This document shows, piece after piece, positions 46,907 to 58,200 of a DNA stretch of 64,000 nucleotides. The first letter of the stretch is position 1; each line of letters opens with the position of its first letter. The position numbers and the translations under genes are program-made. The notes below the pieces were generated by a model. That model ran no database searches and was not told the origin of the DNA. It was given only the letters and a program-made list of their open reading frames with translations. The stretch comes from Perkinsela sp. CCAP 1560/9 (lineage: Eukaryota; Protista; Euglenozoa: Kinetoplastea), in NCBI GenBank assembly GCA_965644495.1, contig CBFFSA010000017.1, forward strand, positions 62,001 to 126,000, written 5' to 3'.

Positions 46907-49900
46907 TAACGATAAAGATACAGTTTCTGTACCTTGTTGAATTCTTTTCTTAATCTTTCTCACGTTCCATGGTTCTAACTCGCTCTAAAGCAAAACAGGA
47001 ATCCAACTTTGATCGCGAAGCACAAGCTCGAGAGGGCGCGCACAAGCTCGGTTCATGGGACCAGTTTCAGGCAAACAAAGACCTGGTTAAAGGCGCTAGC
47101 ACATACAAGGAAGAGCTGTACACGACACCACTTCCGCCGGATCCTTCATCAGAATTAGAACAACGGGCCGAAGACATTGCCCTCAGCATTACGAACTCCA
47201 TCGAAGGCGTGACACCAGACACAGGGCGTCAGCAAACGAGCTCGGAAGAAGAATTATTTTCCAGCGTCCGTCCCACCGAGAATTCCGTTTTCCAGTTTTT
47301 TTTTTTTTTTTTTTTTTTTTGCTATTCACAAATGTCGCTTGCAACACTTATGACCACGGAGAGACGGGCGAGACGTGATCTCCTTTACCCCCCATTATCT
47401 TCCCTCTACCTTATATCCCATACCGTAAACTTATAATAGCTATATTAATTATACTTTTTTTTTTCTTCAAGTTTCCAATGTTTTTGTTTTTAATGTCAAA
47501 TTCTAGAGGCCCATGTTTTGTGAATCGTCATTAGATAAAAAATTTCTCAGCTGAGAGAATATAATCGACCCATTTAACTCCTGCAGGCACAGAGAAAATT
47601 CGTTCAGTGTTCGGACCCTATCAAGTCCGCTGCAGTCCGCCAACGTATGCAACAAGTGCCGGAGCCCGTGATGCATAGCACCACCGGAGAGGACTGGGAG
47701 GCATACGAAACGCTCTTGAGGTATCATCCCGGAAGCCACGTATGTGCTGTGCTTGCGCGTAATGGCCTCTCTCATCAGGGTACCGCTACGTTTCCGTGCA
47801 TTAGTGGGCGCCAGCTCGTGAATTATTGTTAGGTCATAAAAGATTTCCCCAGTTGCCCAATGTATTACAATGTCAGGTCCTGACCGATGGAGGCTCGCAT
47901 TTCTACAAACTTTTTGATGATCAGTTTTTCGCCATTGTGGGAACGATTCCCCGCATGTAGAGCATTTAAAAGAAGTAAACTGTCGAGGTTCCCTTTCGCA
48001 TGGCACACCCGCCTTCATGCACAGTTCATAGATAATACGCACCAGATTATTATGTTTCATTGTTGTATTATTTCCGGAACACTGGACGCATCCAGCTATG
48101 TGCGAAAAGGCTGATGAAGAATCCAGAAGGGTGCGACATCCTGGGCATTGCAGACTTTCGGGAATACGAGGGTGGCTTAGACCAAGACGTGGCATCAAAG
48201 CTAATGTGAAGAATTTGGAAGGCACTAACTTTGCCGTCGAATGAAGCCACGCGGAGTTCCCTTTTTCACTTGCTGCTCTCAGCACTGGTGCAATTTTCGG
48301 GTCCTTACTCAACGATTCTTTCTCCAGTTCGAAGGGGCCGCTCCTTCTTCACTCAGCCAATCGAAATCTACAAACAAGGCTGTGAAGGAGAAATGCGAGC
48401 GCCACAACCGGGGGATAGCTCGTACCGAATACAATTATGACGACGACAAATTAATTTTCCCCGACCTGACGCCTCAAGACCTCGACTTTTCGTTGAGCGG
48501 TGGAACCAAAGTAAGGAAAAAGAAAAAGCGCCCTAAAGGGATCTCACTTTCCCAGCTACATACCCAGTTATGCACCGAGTCTGGGGGCGACAGTGATGAC
48601 CGTGACTCCACAGATGCGTCAACAAGTGTTCACAGCTCTCCGGCTGAATCACCCCTGAAGAAGTTAACCCCGAAAACGGCTGTAGGCAAACGTAAACGTC
48701 CCCAGCAGGTGTCGAAAACTACCTCCCCTGACGCCCCCAAAGCTGAAACAATGAACAATGCCCCCGAACCGACCCCAACCCAAAACTGTGCGATAGAAAA
48801 AACACACACCACGCATGAAAATACGCGAAAATGTCCCTTCGAGGGATGTACTTGGAAAACAGGGCCCCACGGGGGCCAATGGCAGGCATTCCACAACCAC
48901 GTAGCAAACAGACACGGTGATGAGGTCCCAGACGAGTGGTGGAAAGACGAAGGACGTTTTAGGTGTCATGATTGCAATAAACATTATGATCAAGGCAAAC
49001 GGGAAACCCACGACAAGATCTGCATGTTCCGCCATTCCTCTCCTCAAAGCCGTCCGTCGCCCTCGACGAGCAGTGCCGATCCTGTTCTAAGCCCCAATGT
49101 GGACTCGAATGCTCTGCCTGCCCTTAACTCACCTTCCACACCCTCTCATCAAAGCGTAGTAAGCGAAAACGTGAAAGTCTCCGACACACCCCTTCCGAGT
49201 TTATCCTCTATCAGTGCGCTACTTATTAACACTTGCAAGGACATCCCCAACAGTTGCCGACAAGAATGGGCTAAAACACTCTGCGGTTGCTTATCCACAG
49301 CAGCGAGAGAGAACACGCTCGAGGCATGGACACTCCTCGCCATGCTGCCCAAATGCGTCCTACCCGCCCCTCATCGCGGAGGTAACCGCGCAAAAGCCTC
49401 TTACGCCTCCCATGTAAAGAAGTGCCTCGCGAGATGGTCCAACAAAGATTTCCTGGCGCTTTGGAAAGAAGCTGTCTCGAGTGTATCACGCAAAAAGAAA
49501 AATGTACCACAAGCGCTTACCATAGACGAAGAAGTAAAGAAAGCGGCTTTACGGGCAGAACGGCTTGTCCGCGACGCGGAGCTCTCCCGCGCCATGACAG
49601 CATTAACTTCGGAACCACTTGCCCCTGACGACGACGCCACCTACTCGAAGCTCCAGGCAAAGCATCCTCAGAGACTTGACAGCACTTTCAACGTGGCAAG
49701 CCCTTCAGCGCCGGAAGCAAAACCGCTTGAAGCAACGGAAGACGAAGTAGCCGAGGCCCTAGCGACTTTCCACCGAGGGTCCTCGGGAGGGGCCTTCGGT
49801 ATGCGGCCGGAGCACGTTCAGGCCGCGATGCAGTACCATCACGACGCGTACACCGATCCTCTGGGCACGCTTACGAAGTTTACCAATCACTTGCTCGCAG

Positions 49901-52247
49901 GAAAAGCACCGTTGGAAGTCAAAGATTATTTTGCGGGTGGTCGGTTATGCGCCCTGAAAAAGGGTGAACACGATGTTCGTCCAATTGCTGCCGGAGAGAC
50001 CCTTCGCCGCTTGGCAAGCAAAGTTGCCTGCCTCTCCGCAAAATTCAAGGCCCGAAAACTCTTCAGAGGGCACCAGTACGGCGTAGCCACACCTGCTGGA
50101 GCCGAGCGCATCATCCACCTCTGTCGGAAGACCTTCGCCGAACATATTGAGGATGACGACTTCCTGCTATGCAAAGTCGACCTCAAAAACGCTTTCAATA
50201 ACGTCTCACGGGATTTCTTTGTGGCCCTAACACGCCAGCATTTCCCTGAGCTGGGTGCGTACGTGGAGTGGTGTTACAACACTCAAAGCATTCTGACCTT
50301 TGGCTCACGCTTTATCGAATCATCTGAAGGGGTGCAACAAGGCGACCCCCTGGGCCCTCTGCTCTTTTCGCTTGTGATGAAAGAAGTTTCCCTACAAATC
50401 CACACTGCCGCTCCGAAACTCGCTTTAAACCTGTGGTACTTAGACGACGGGATACTTGCCGGTCCATCCTGCGACGTTCGGCACGCACTAGACGTGATCG
50501 CGATGTCCGGCCCGAAATGGGGATTGCATATCAACGTGGCCAAGTGCGAGATCGCAACACACCCAGCTTCCTCCCATCGTTGCTCACTTTTCCCTGACAT
50601 CCCCGGTCTGAACACGAATTCGGCAGGAAATTTTCATATTTTGGGGAGTCCAATTGGTTCGACAGAATTTTGCCGCGAATTCTTTCTCAAGAACACAATC
50701 GACATGGCAGAGGCCTCTCTCGAGGCCATAGCTACACTTGAAGATCCCCAGGTGGCCCTTTCCCTCATACGCCACTGTACTGGTTTCTGTAAAATGGTTT
50801 ACTCGCTCAGGACTACCCCGACAACGGAACTTCAAGATATCTGCCAACGCTTAGATGGTGCCGTCCAGCGCACTATTGAACACTTCTTCCGTCCTTTGAG
50901 TGATGGGGCGCGACGCCAGGCGCAACGCGAAAAGCGGTACGGGGGGTTGGGCCTTCGGTCGGCGGGGGAACATTCGAGTGCGGCTTACGTTGCCTCCGTA
51001 GCTTTCTCAACGGACAAAGACCGTTGGGACCCAGCGGACGCTGAGGGCTTTGACCATGCCGTGCGGGAGGTGAACAGGCGTGCCGGAAAGACGGTGGTCC
51101 AACAAGGCGGCAAAATTCCGAAAAGTATGGCTTTGGCGACTGATTCTCCGTATACCGACGCGCAGGAATCCGGAACAGAACTGGTGATTCCCCGACAACG
51201 CGACCTTAGCCACGCCATCGCCAACCAGGAATTTCACGAGGCATTTGCGAAAGCTGACCTTCGCACACGGGCCAGATGGATATCAGAAACAGGAGAAGGA
51301 GCCTCAGAATGGGCTTTTGTGATCCCCTCCAAGAAAACCGGTCTGGCTTTCACACCGACGGAGTTTCGCACCCTCACGCGCTGGTGGCTAGGGGACCCAA
51401 TCTATCCAGCGTCCCGGCCTTGTCCTATGGAAAAATGCACGCTACCGCTAGATCCCGAGGGTGACCACGCTCTGGGGTGCAAAAGCGGGCATGGTATAAT
51501 CGCACGCCACAACGCACTAGCGGCACAGTTTACTTCTGAATGTAAAAAGGCCGGTTTCACCCCGCGGAGAGAAGTGAGTCTGGGCAACAAGGGTCCTGGG
51601 GGCGCCCTCACCAGGCCCGGAGACGTGTTCATCCCTACAATCGGGCTAGGCCAGTCTCTTGTATTAGACTTCGCCGTCACTCATGTTCAGCAACCAAAGT
51701 ATACGGACTTAGTCCGTGATGCTAACTGGGTGACGGCGGGGTCTTTTGCGGAACGATACGCCACCGAAAACAAAAAGAAGCAAAGAGAGGAAGCAGAGTT
51801 CGCACGCCATCGATTTGGAGCGATGGTCGTGGAATCTTATGGAGCGTGGAGTCCAAGCGCCTTTGCGATCCTCAAGGAGGTTTCCGTCTCTCGTGCGGCA
51901 TACTCCGGGGGTACCCTTTCGAACGGGGAAGTCTTACACCAATTGGTGACGTCACTTAACATCACTCTGATGCGGACACAGGCTCGGATGCTGGTACTCC
52001 GACTTCCCGCGGCGGTCCCTGACACGGCCCTCCTTGGATATGGGAACGATGAGTAATTCGGTCCCCCCCAATCATTTAACAGCCGCAGGGGGGGGAGGGT
52101 GTTTCTCTGCGAAAGGGGGGGGGCAAGGGGGGGTACCAAGTCACTAACCGACGTGCCGTCACGGGTCTTAGTTTTGGTGCGGGAGTGATTTGATTAGGGG
52201 TGGATTTCGGGTAGAATTGTTTGCTAGTTTTTAGTCAAAAAAAAAAA
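46907..52247 (+). mobile_element. Full-length SL-to-poly(A) group-B CRE element with N-terminal LsmAD; ORF 46969-47295 + 48328-52056 (1351 aa)
   Basis: SL at 46907-46939; removing the nested insert joins ...ENSVFQ to FEGAAP... in frame; zinc fingers, WYLDDG, RHN, RPGD; A11 at 52237. Confidence 0.9.
47296..48322 (-). mobile_element. Nested 5'-truncated group-A CRE element (ORF 47503-48312)
   Basis: T25 at 47296; TSD TCCAG(TT) at 47291 and 48323. Confidence 0.92.
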
Positions 52248-52460
52248 GTTAAATTTTCAAATTGCTAATTTGATTGCTTGTTTTCAACTCGTATACCTCC
52301 ACCAATGGACCTACTTGGTTCGTCTACTGGGTCAAAAAAAAAAAAGTAGGGAGAAAGGTGGGAAAAGTATGTCAAGAGGTGAGAAAGAGGAGAAAGAGAG
52401 AGAAAAATTTTCTTTATTTGCATAAAAACAATATAAAATTGCTAATTTGATTGCTTGTAT

Positions 52461-52821
52461 AAAAAAAAATGTAGCAGTGAATATCGAGAAGCACGGGCAC
52501 GGTGAGCGATATGGAATTTCCTTATGATTTATTTTGGCGGAGTAGGCACCGATGAAATACATCAACGTGCGATTGGGTTGTAAATGGAAGTAGGACGAGC
52601 GAATGGGTGGTCCCCGCGTCACCCGTTCGCAAGCTGGGAGAGGACAGAAGTGTTGTGGGATTATTTAATTTTGTTATGTTATGACCGGTCATACAGTATT
52701 CATATGAATTTTGAATGTGCATAGAATTGAACGTATCAAATATCAGATAGAAGAGGGGAATGAAGATATTGTTTTGCTTAGTGCTTTCTTTCTTTCTTAT
52801 AATATTTATGATGCACAATTC
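52461..52821 (+). mobile_element. YR family 1 3' UTR plus B repeat, ending directly in flanking DNA
   Basis: Matches 33628-33988 with a few substitutions. Confidence 0.9.
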
Positions 52822-53134
52822 GACAGAGTCTATACTCACGCCTAGCCCGCGAGGGCTAGGTACCCCAAGTGAGGTAGTACACGGGCAGTGAATCTCCTCC
52901 CCGTCGGCCAGCATCCTGTTTCGCGACCGTGTCGCTGTCGACACAGGCCCGCGCCTGCGCCCTCCCGTATAGCAAGGGAAGGGTTCACAAGTCAGGCCGT
53001 GGAGAGGTCGAAAGACCCGGTCCGGAACGCGCGAATGGATTGTAATAGTTCACGTTTTGAAATTTAGCCGAGGGGCGGCTATATATTTGCCTGCTTGCCC
53101 TTCGGGGCACATAATTTTTAAAAGTCTTGGAAAT

Positions 53135-53612
53135 GTAATTGGGCCTTTGTACTAGTGTCAGGAATTAAGGAAAATATGAAGGACTTATTCGTGAACTACG
53201 GCATGATATTATTTGCAAAATTAGACAGACTTTTCTTATTTGTATTTCGCACGAATAAAAGGGCGAGCCCCGTCGTAAGTAACAGCAAGTAAAGAGCTAG
53301 CAAGTACATAAGATAAATATTTAGATGCACTTTTGCGACCATACAAAATTACGTTCTACTACTAGAATAAGCCGAATGGTAAACCGCGACGGAATATTAG
53401 ACGATACACACATAATAGATGACAACAATACAGCTACTAAGTTGTTTATTAAACAACTTATAAAATTATATATATATACCTATTAAACAATATAACTGAT
53501 ATTCAAATATCAGTGTCTTTTTGTGTTGTTATTAAACAATGGATTAATTAATATGTGTTACCCAGAGACGGCTTGTCAAGGAGGATTCAACGTGTTGTCA
53601 AGGCCCAATTAC
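53135..53612. mobile_element. MITE-like AT-rich insert
   Basis: 13-bp inverted termini GTAATTGGGCCTT/AAGGCCCAATTAC; absent from the homologue at 11881-12059. Confidence 0.5.
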
Positions 53613-53714
53613 TCAAATTATGATGTAGTATTCTCTAATTGCATGGAGGGGGGTGTTTACTCGTTTGTTATATTCTTGTTAGGTTGTTATTTTGTTACGT
53701 TTAAAGTTTTGTGT

Positions 53715-55118
53715 ATGAGATCCCAACGTTTACGGGCTCCGTCGGAGCCACGCCAGGAGCGCGATAGATCACCGAAGCGGAATAGGGCGCCGACACCCAT
53801 TCAGACCTCCTCCGTCCAAGACCATTCTAAGCGTCAGTCCCTTTCGTGCCCTCCCGTGCGCCCCCCTCTCCCCCCTCTCCCCACGCAGCCGGCTCCGCAG
53901 GTATCCGCGCGACCTCCTCCGATTCCCCCTACTCCTGTCCCAGCGCGCCGAAAGGTACGCCCTTCTGGTAGACCACTCAGCCCCGCCCGCGAACCGCCTA
54001 GCCCTCTCCCTTCCAACCTTCCCAGTTTGCCTGCGAGCTCCCTCCCTAGCCCGTACCCTTTTCCGCTGGAGGCTCCCGAGCCCCATATGCGACGAAGAGG
54101 AACCCTTAACCCCGACCAGGTTGAGGCTTCTCGCTCGCCGCGCCGTTACGAGGCCCTTGACATTGACCACGTCGAGTTGCCGCAGCGTTCACGCTGTGAT
54201 GCGCGTGGGATCATGACACAACCCAGCAAAGAAGAGTTCATCACGAAAGTGATTGAGCTTCTGCGCAAGGACTACGAGGTCACCGTCGAGGCTGTATGGT
54301 CCCTTCCACGTGACGGCCTACGGCAGACGGTTATAGGGTTGGTGCATATGACGCATCCAAAGGACCCTAACTCAACTGAGTTGTTCGCCGAGTGGGATGG
54401 GGACAAGAACACTGCCTATCGTTTTCCCCATCCCGAGATCAACTACCACTCTTTGGAACTGGCCCATGTTCGGGCGCAGATGCCGGGTGGGAAACCAGTT
54501 GAAGATCTGATCCCCACGTTTGAACGCGTCCGTATTACGGACCCGAAAGGCTTCTCCCCCTACGATCCGGTTACTTGGCAACAGTGGATCGACACGGATG
54601 ATTTGTTCAAGCCACGTGAACTCGTCCGTGAGCTGCGCGAAGCTCCGCAGCTTGGGGTACGCTTCAACCCTCCGCCGCAGCGTGAGCGCCTGTTCAAGAT
54701 GTTAACTGAATGGGTGTACGCTGCGTGCAATACGGAGGGATGGCTAGAGAAGCACAACCTCGCCGTAGCCCTTCTCATCATCGAAGAGCTTCGCAACCAT
54801 TATTGGGCTGCGGCGGGCGTTGCTGTCGAGCGTGTGCAACAGCGGTTGCACCGTGACGACGACCCTCAGGACCGCTACGGTCAGCTTGTGGTTGACGAGC
54901 AACTGAGGGGCCGGACTGCGCAGCGTGCTCCTCGTCAACGCAGCCAAGGACCTTTCTGTTTTGGCTGCCATCAGCCAGGCCACCTCCGATCGAACTGCCC
55001 CCAAGCGTCCCAACAGCAGGGGGGGCAGTTCCGTACCACACGCGCCCCGCAACAGGATTTTCGCGGCGGGGTGGTGGGCGGCGCCAACCGTTACGGCGCA
55101 ACACGGGCTTTCCACTAG
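53715..55118 (+). CDS. gag: Gag-like protein: Pro-rich N-terminus, CCHC knuckle
   Basis: CFGCHQPGHLRSNC; ATG at 53715 follows TTAAAGTTTT, as the family 1 ATG follows TTAAAGTTTC. Confidence 0.8.
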   Translation: MRSQRLRAPSEPRQERDRSPKRNRAPTPIQTSSVQDHSKRQSLSCPPVRPPLPPLPTQPAPQVSARPPPIPPTPVPARRKVRPSGRPLSPAREPPSPLPSNLPSLPASSLPSPYPFPLEAPEPHMRRRGTLNPDQVEASRSPRRYEALDIDHVELPQRSRCDARGIMTQPSKEEFITKVIELLRKDYEVTVEAVWSLPRDGLRQTVIGLVHMTHPKDPNSTELFAEWDGDKNTAYRFPHPEINYHSLELAHVRAQMPGGKPVEDLIPTFERVRITDPKGFSPYDPVTWQQWIDTDDLFKPRELVRELREAPQLGVRFNPPPQRERLFKMLTEWVYAACNTEGWLEKHNLAVALLIIEELRNHYWAAAGVAVERVQQRLHRDDDPQDRYGQLVVDEQLRGRTAQRAPRQRSQGPFCFGCHQPGHLRSNCPQASQQQGGQFRTTRAPQQDFRGGVVGGANRYGATRAFH

Positions 55119-55265
55119 GAAATGCCCCCCACCCCAATTACTGCCCGTGCAGTACTGCTCGCGCGACCCCCGCTAAATAGATTTTTTTTTTTTTACCTCA
55201 TGAGAAAGTTTTCAAGTTGAAAGAGCTCCATCCTACATTTTTTTTTTTTTTCTCAAATGTGAGAC

Positions 55266-58200
55266 ATGTTCACCTTCCCCCCTTCTCTCAATTTTCAAAG
55301 AGAAACTATCCCGAAAATGAAATCTATATAATTTTATATAATTTTATAAGCTGACTCAGCTTATAGTGATATTGTGTTTAGAACTTATATACTATATTCT
55401 TGAGTTTGCGTGCAGCCGTCTAAGTATTTCTTTAGCTGCGCATAAATCCCTAATCCATTAAGCTCCTGAATCGTCAGCTTCATTTCGAGTTCGACCTGTT
55501 TCCTGTTTAGCATGGCCGCGTCTGCTAGCGAGTGTACCAAGTTCTGCGTATTGCGGTGCAAAGCGCCTCCTGCCAGTACGGGTAAACATTGAAATGAGTC
55601 TTCACGAATTAAGTTCGTACGTACATATGTGTTGGACTTTCGCTGCAGCGCGTCATTCATGAGCTGTGCATTTCTTTCCACGATTAGACATTGAGAGTTC
55701 GTGAATAACTGTCAGATCATAGAAGACCGCACCCGTGTTCCAATAGATCACGAGATCGGGGCCAGACCGACAAAGTTTTTTTCCTGCACAAGTCTTCTGA
55801 TGTACCAACTGGTTTTCCGGACTGATTGTGGATCGGCAAGCGATGCACTTCCACGTAGAAAAGTTTCTAGGTTCCGTTTCACATGGGATGCCTGCTTTCA
55901 CGCATAGACGATGTAAAAATCCGACAAGTGAGTTATGTTTCACGGTCGTATTTATACCTGAACATTGAGCACAGCCTGGGATATGGGTGAGGGCGTTTCG
56001 GTTATTGAGGAGAATACTGCACCCTGGACACAATAGACTGGTAGGTAGATCTGGGTGTTGGGCATTTAGTCGTGGCATAATCGCGAGTTTGAAGAGATGG
56101 GAAGGGATGTACTTCGCGTTGGAAAGGATCCAGTCGCTGTTTCCTTTGAAGGATGTGGCTTGTAGAATGGGCTTAATGTCGGGATCCGTTTGCAACTCTT
56201 TCAATACTTCGACATGATGGATGCAGGTGGAAGCTTTTTCGTCCACTGGTATGACTTTCATTGTCGAGTTCTTAGGAATAGACGGGTGTGATGGCACCGC
56301 GTTGTCGATCCGAGCTGAAAAAGAGTTTCGGCGCTCAAGAACCGAGTAGCGGGATGCCACATATGCCGTCTCCCTAAGGGGACTGCTCGCTGTCAAACCC
56401 ATTCCTCCCTTCTTAACGGGTAATCGTACAATTTTCATTTGATCGGGAGAGAGTGGACCAATCCAAGACTCTACCACATTTTCAACCTCTTGATCAAATT
56501 GTGATGATGCTTTCTCTGTTGTTTCGGGCGGGTGGACACGAATCAGGTATTGTTGACGAACATTGGCACATTTTGCTAAAAGAATCATCGATATATTATT
56601 GATGCCCATTCGTTTTAGCCGCCGAAAAGCTGTGACCTGCTTCTCTAGTTGACGCAAAAGTCGTTCACTTATTGTGTTGTTTTCTCCAATATACGCTCCG
56701 AGTACTTTGACCGCTTCGTCCTCCGACTTTACACCTTGGGTGCTCAGCGAATTCGGTATGGAATTTCCGGATTTTCCTCTGAACCAAACGCATTTTGCCT
56801 CGGCTAGTTTCACCTGTTTTTCTTCTAGGAGACCTTTGAGCCTAAAGAATGCTTTCTCCAGTTCGGTTGAATCTCGAGACACTAACGTTATATCGTCAAT
56901 GTATGCATTTATTTCAATACCTGGAAATTCGGAGGCCAGTGTCTCGAGTATTGGTTGACAGAATACGCAAAAGTAAAGACTAGCCAGAGCAGACCCTTGC
57001 CGTACACCTGCTGAGCTCATTATAATGTCCGTCAGGCTGCCATCGGAGCCATAAAATAAAAGTTCGGAAGCATTTGAATATTCGGCCGCAAAGAACCTTT
57101 GAAAGGGTTTCAGTGTAGCGAAAGCAAAAACGCACTTTGCAATTTCCTCTCGTGAGGGTGAGTTGAATGCATTTTGCATATCCACAGTCAGGATTGAGTG
57201 TCCGTCAAGCCAGCGGTCCCGCAACTTGTGTACGATTCGTTCGCACCCCGCTTGAGAGAATACGCCTTGTTGCATTGGTGCAAAGAGGGGTTCCAGTGAC
57301 TTTTCGTATCTTTGCAGCAGAATTATTCCAGCTAATTTGCTAAATATTTCTCCAATGGCTACTGGGCGTACTCCCCCGTTGGGCTTGTCGATGGCTACGA
57401 GTCTTGCCCGATTTAGACGCTGTAGAACTTGTCTAGATAGGAATCCGTTGATCAGATCGCTCATCATGTGACAAAGACTATTGCAACATGGCTCGTCGTC
57501 TATGAGAAGTCTAACGATGCTGTCGGTCGTACCTGTAGGCCCAGGGCTCACACCTTTTGCCAGTCGTCTACTTGCACATCTTAGTTCTTGTACGGCTATT
57601 CCTGCGATAATCGGTGCATCTTCCGGAACTTTGAAATTGCAGTTTTGTTCTGGATGAAGTGCACGTAGTTTTTGGACTTTTTCTTGATCAGTCAACGTGC
57701 TCTTCTGAAAAGAACAGTCCAAAATCCTTGAAGCCTTCGATGTACAGTTTTCTAGCACCAAACGAGTGGCCCGTTTGATTGCTCGCTTGTCCTCATGAAA
57801 AAACTCGTCTTCTGGTTGATTGTGTTCAACTGTCTCTTGTTGTATGGGTCTTCGCCGCCGTTGTCTACTATTGGCTTGACGCACGGAAGCTAATGAAAGT
57901 TTCATTGCAGACAAAACTTTATTCCAAATTTGATTTCTTTGTACGTAGTCGCTTTCTGCATAGATGGCATGATGTCCCTGTATATGGCAATCACACTGGA
58001 GATAAAATCAGGACTAATGGTTTTCGCGGTTGGAATTGGGAGATGGTCTACGTCTTCAGCTCCTGTGTCCAGCTTAAGCGCTCTGGCCTTTTTAACATGT
58101 GTTTCTTCGCGGGTCTCAATAGGAAGGTCGACTTACTTTGAATTTGAAGATACGATACCAAAAAGAAAAAAAAAATGTAGCAGTGAATATCGAGAAGCAC

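Larger units (their letters stand above)
53044..55175 (+). mobile_element. YR retroelement family 2: left end plus gag, 3'-truncated
   Basis: gag shares FPHP, DP..F.PY.P.T...WI, RELREAP and QDFR with family 1. Confidence 0.8.

Noticed and set aside
48241-48327. ORF-track start of the 1271-aa ORF
   Set aside because: It lies in the antisense of the nested insert; the true start is 46969
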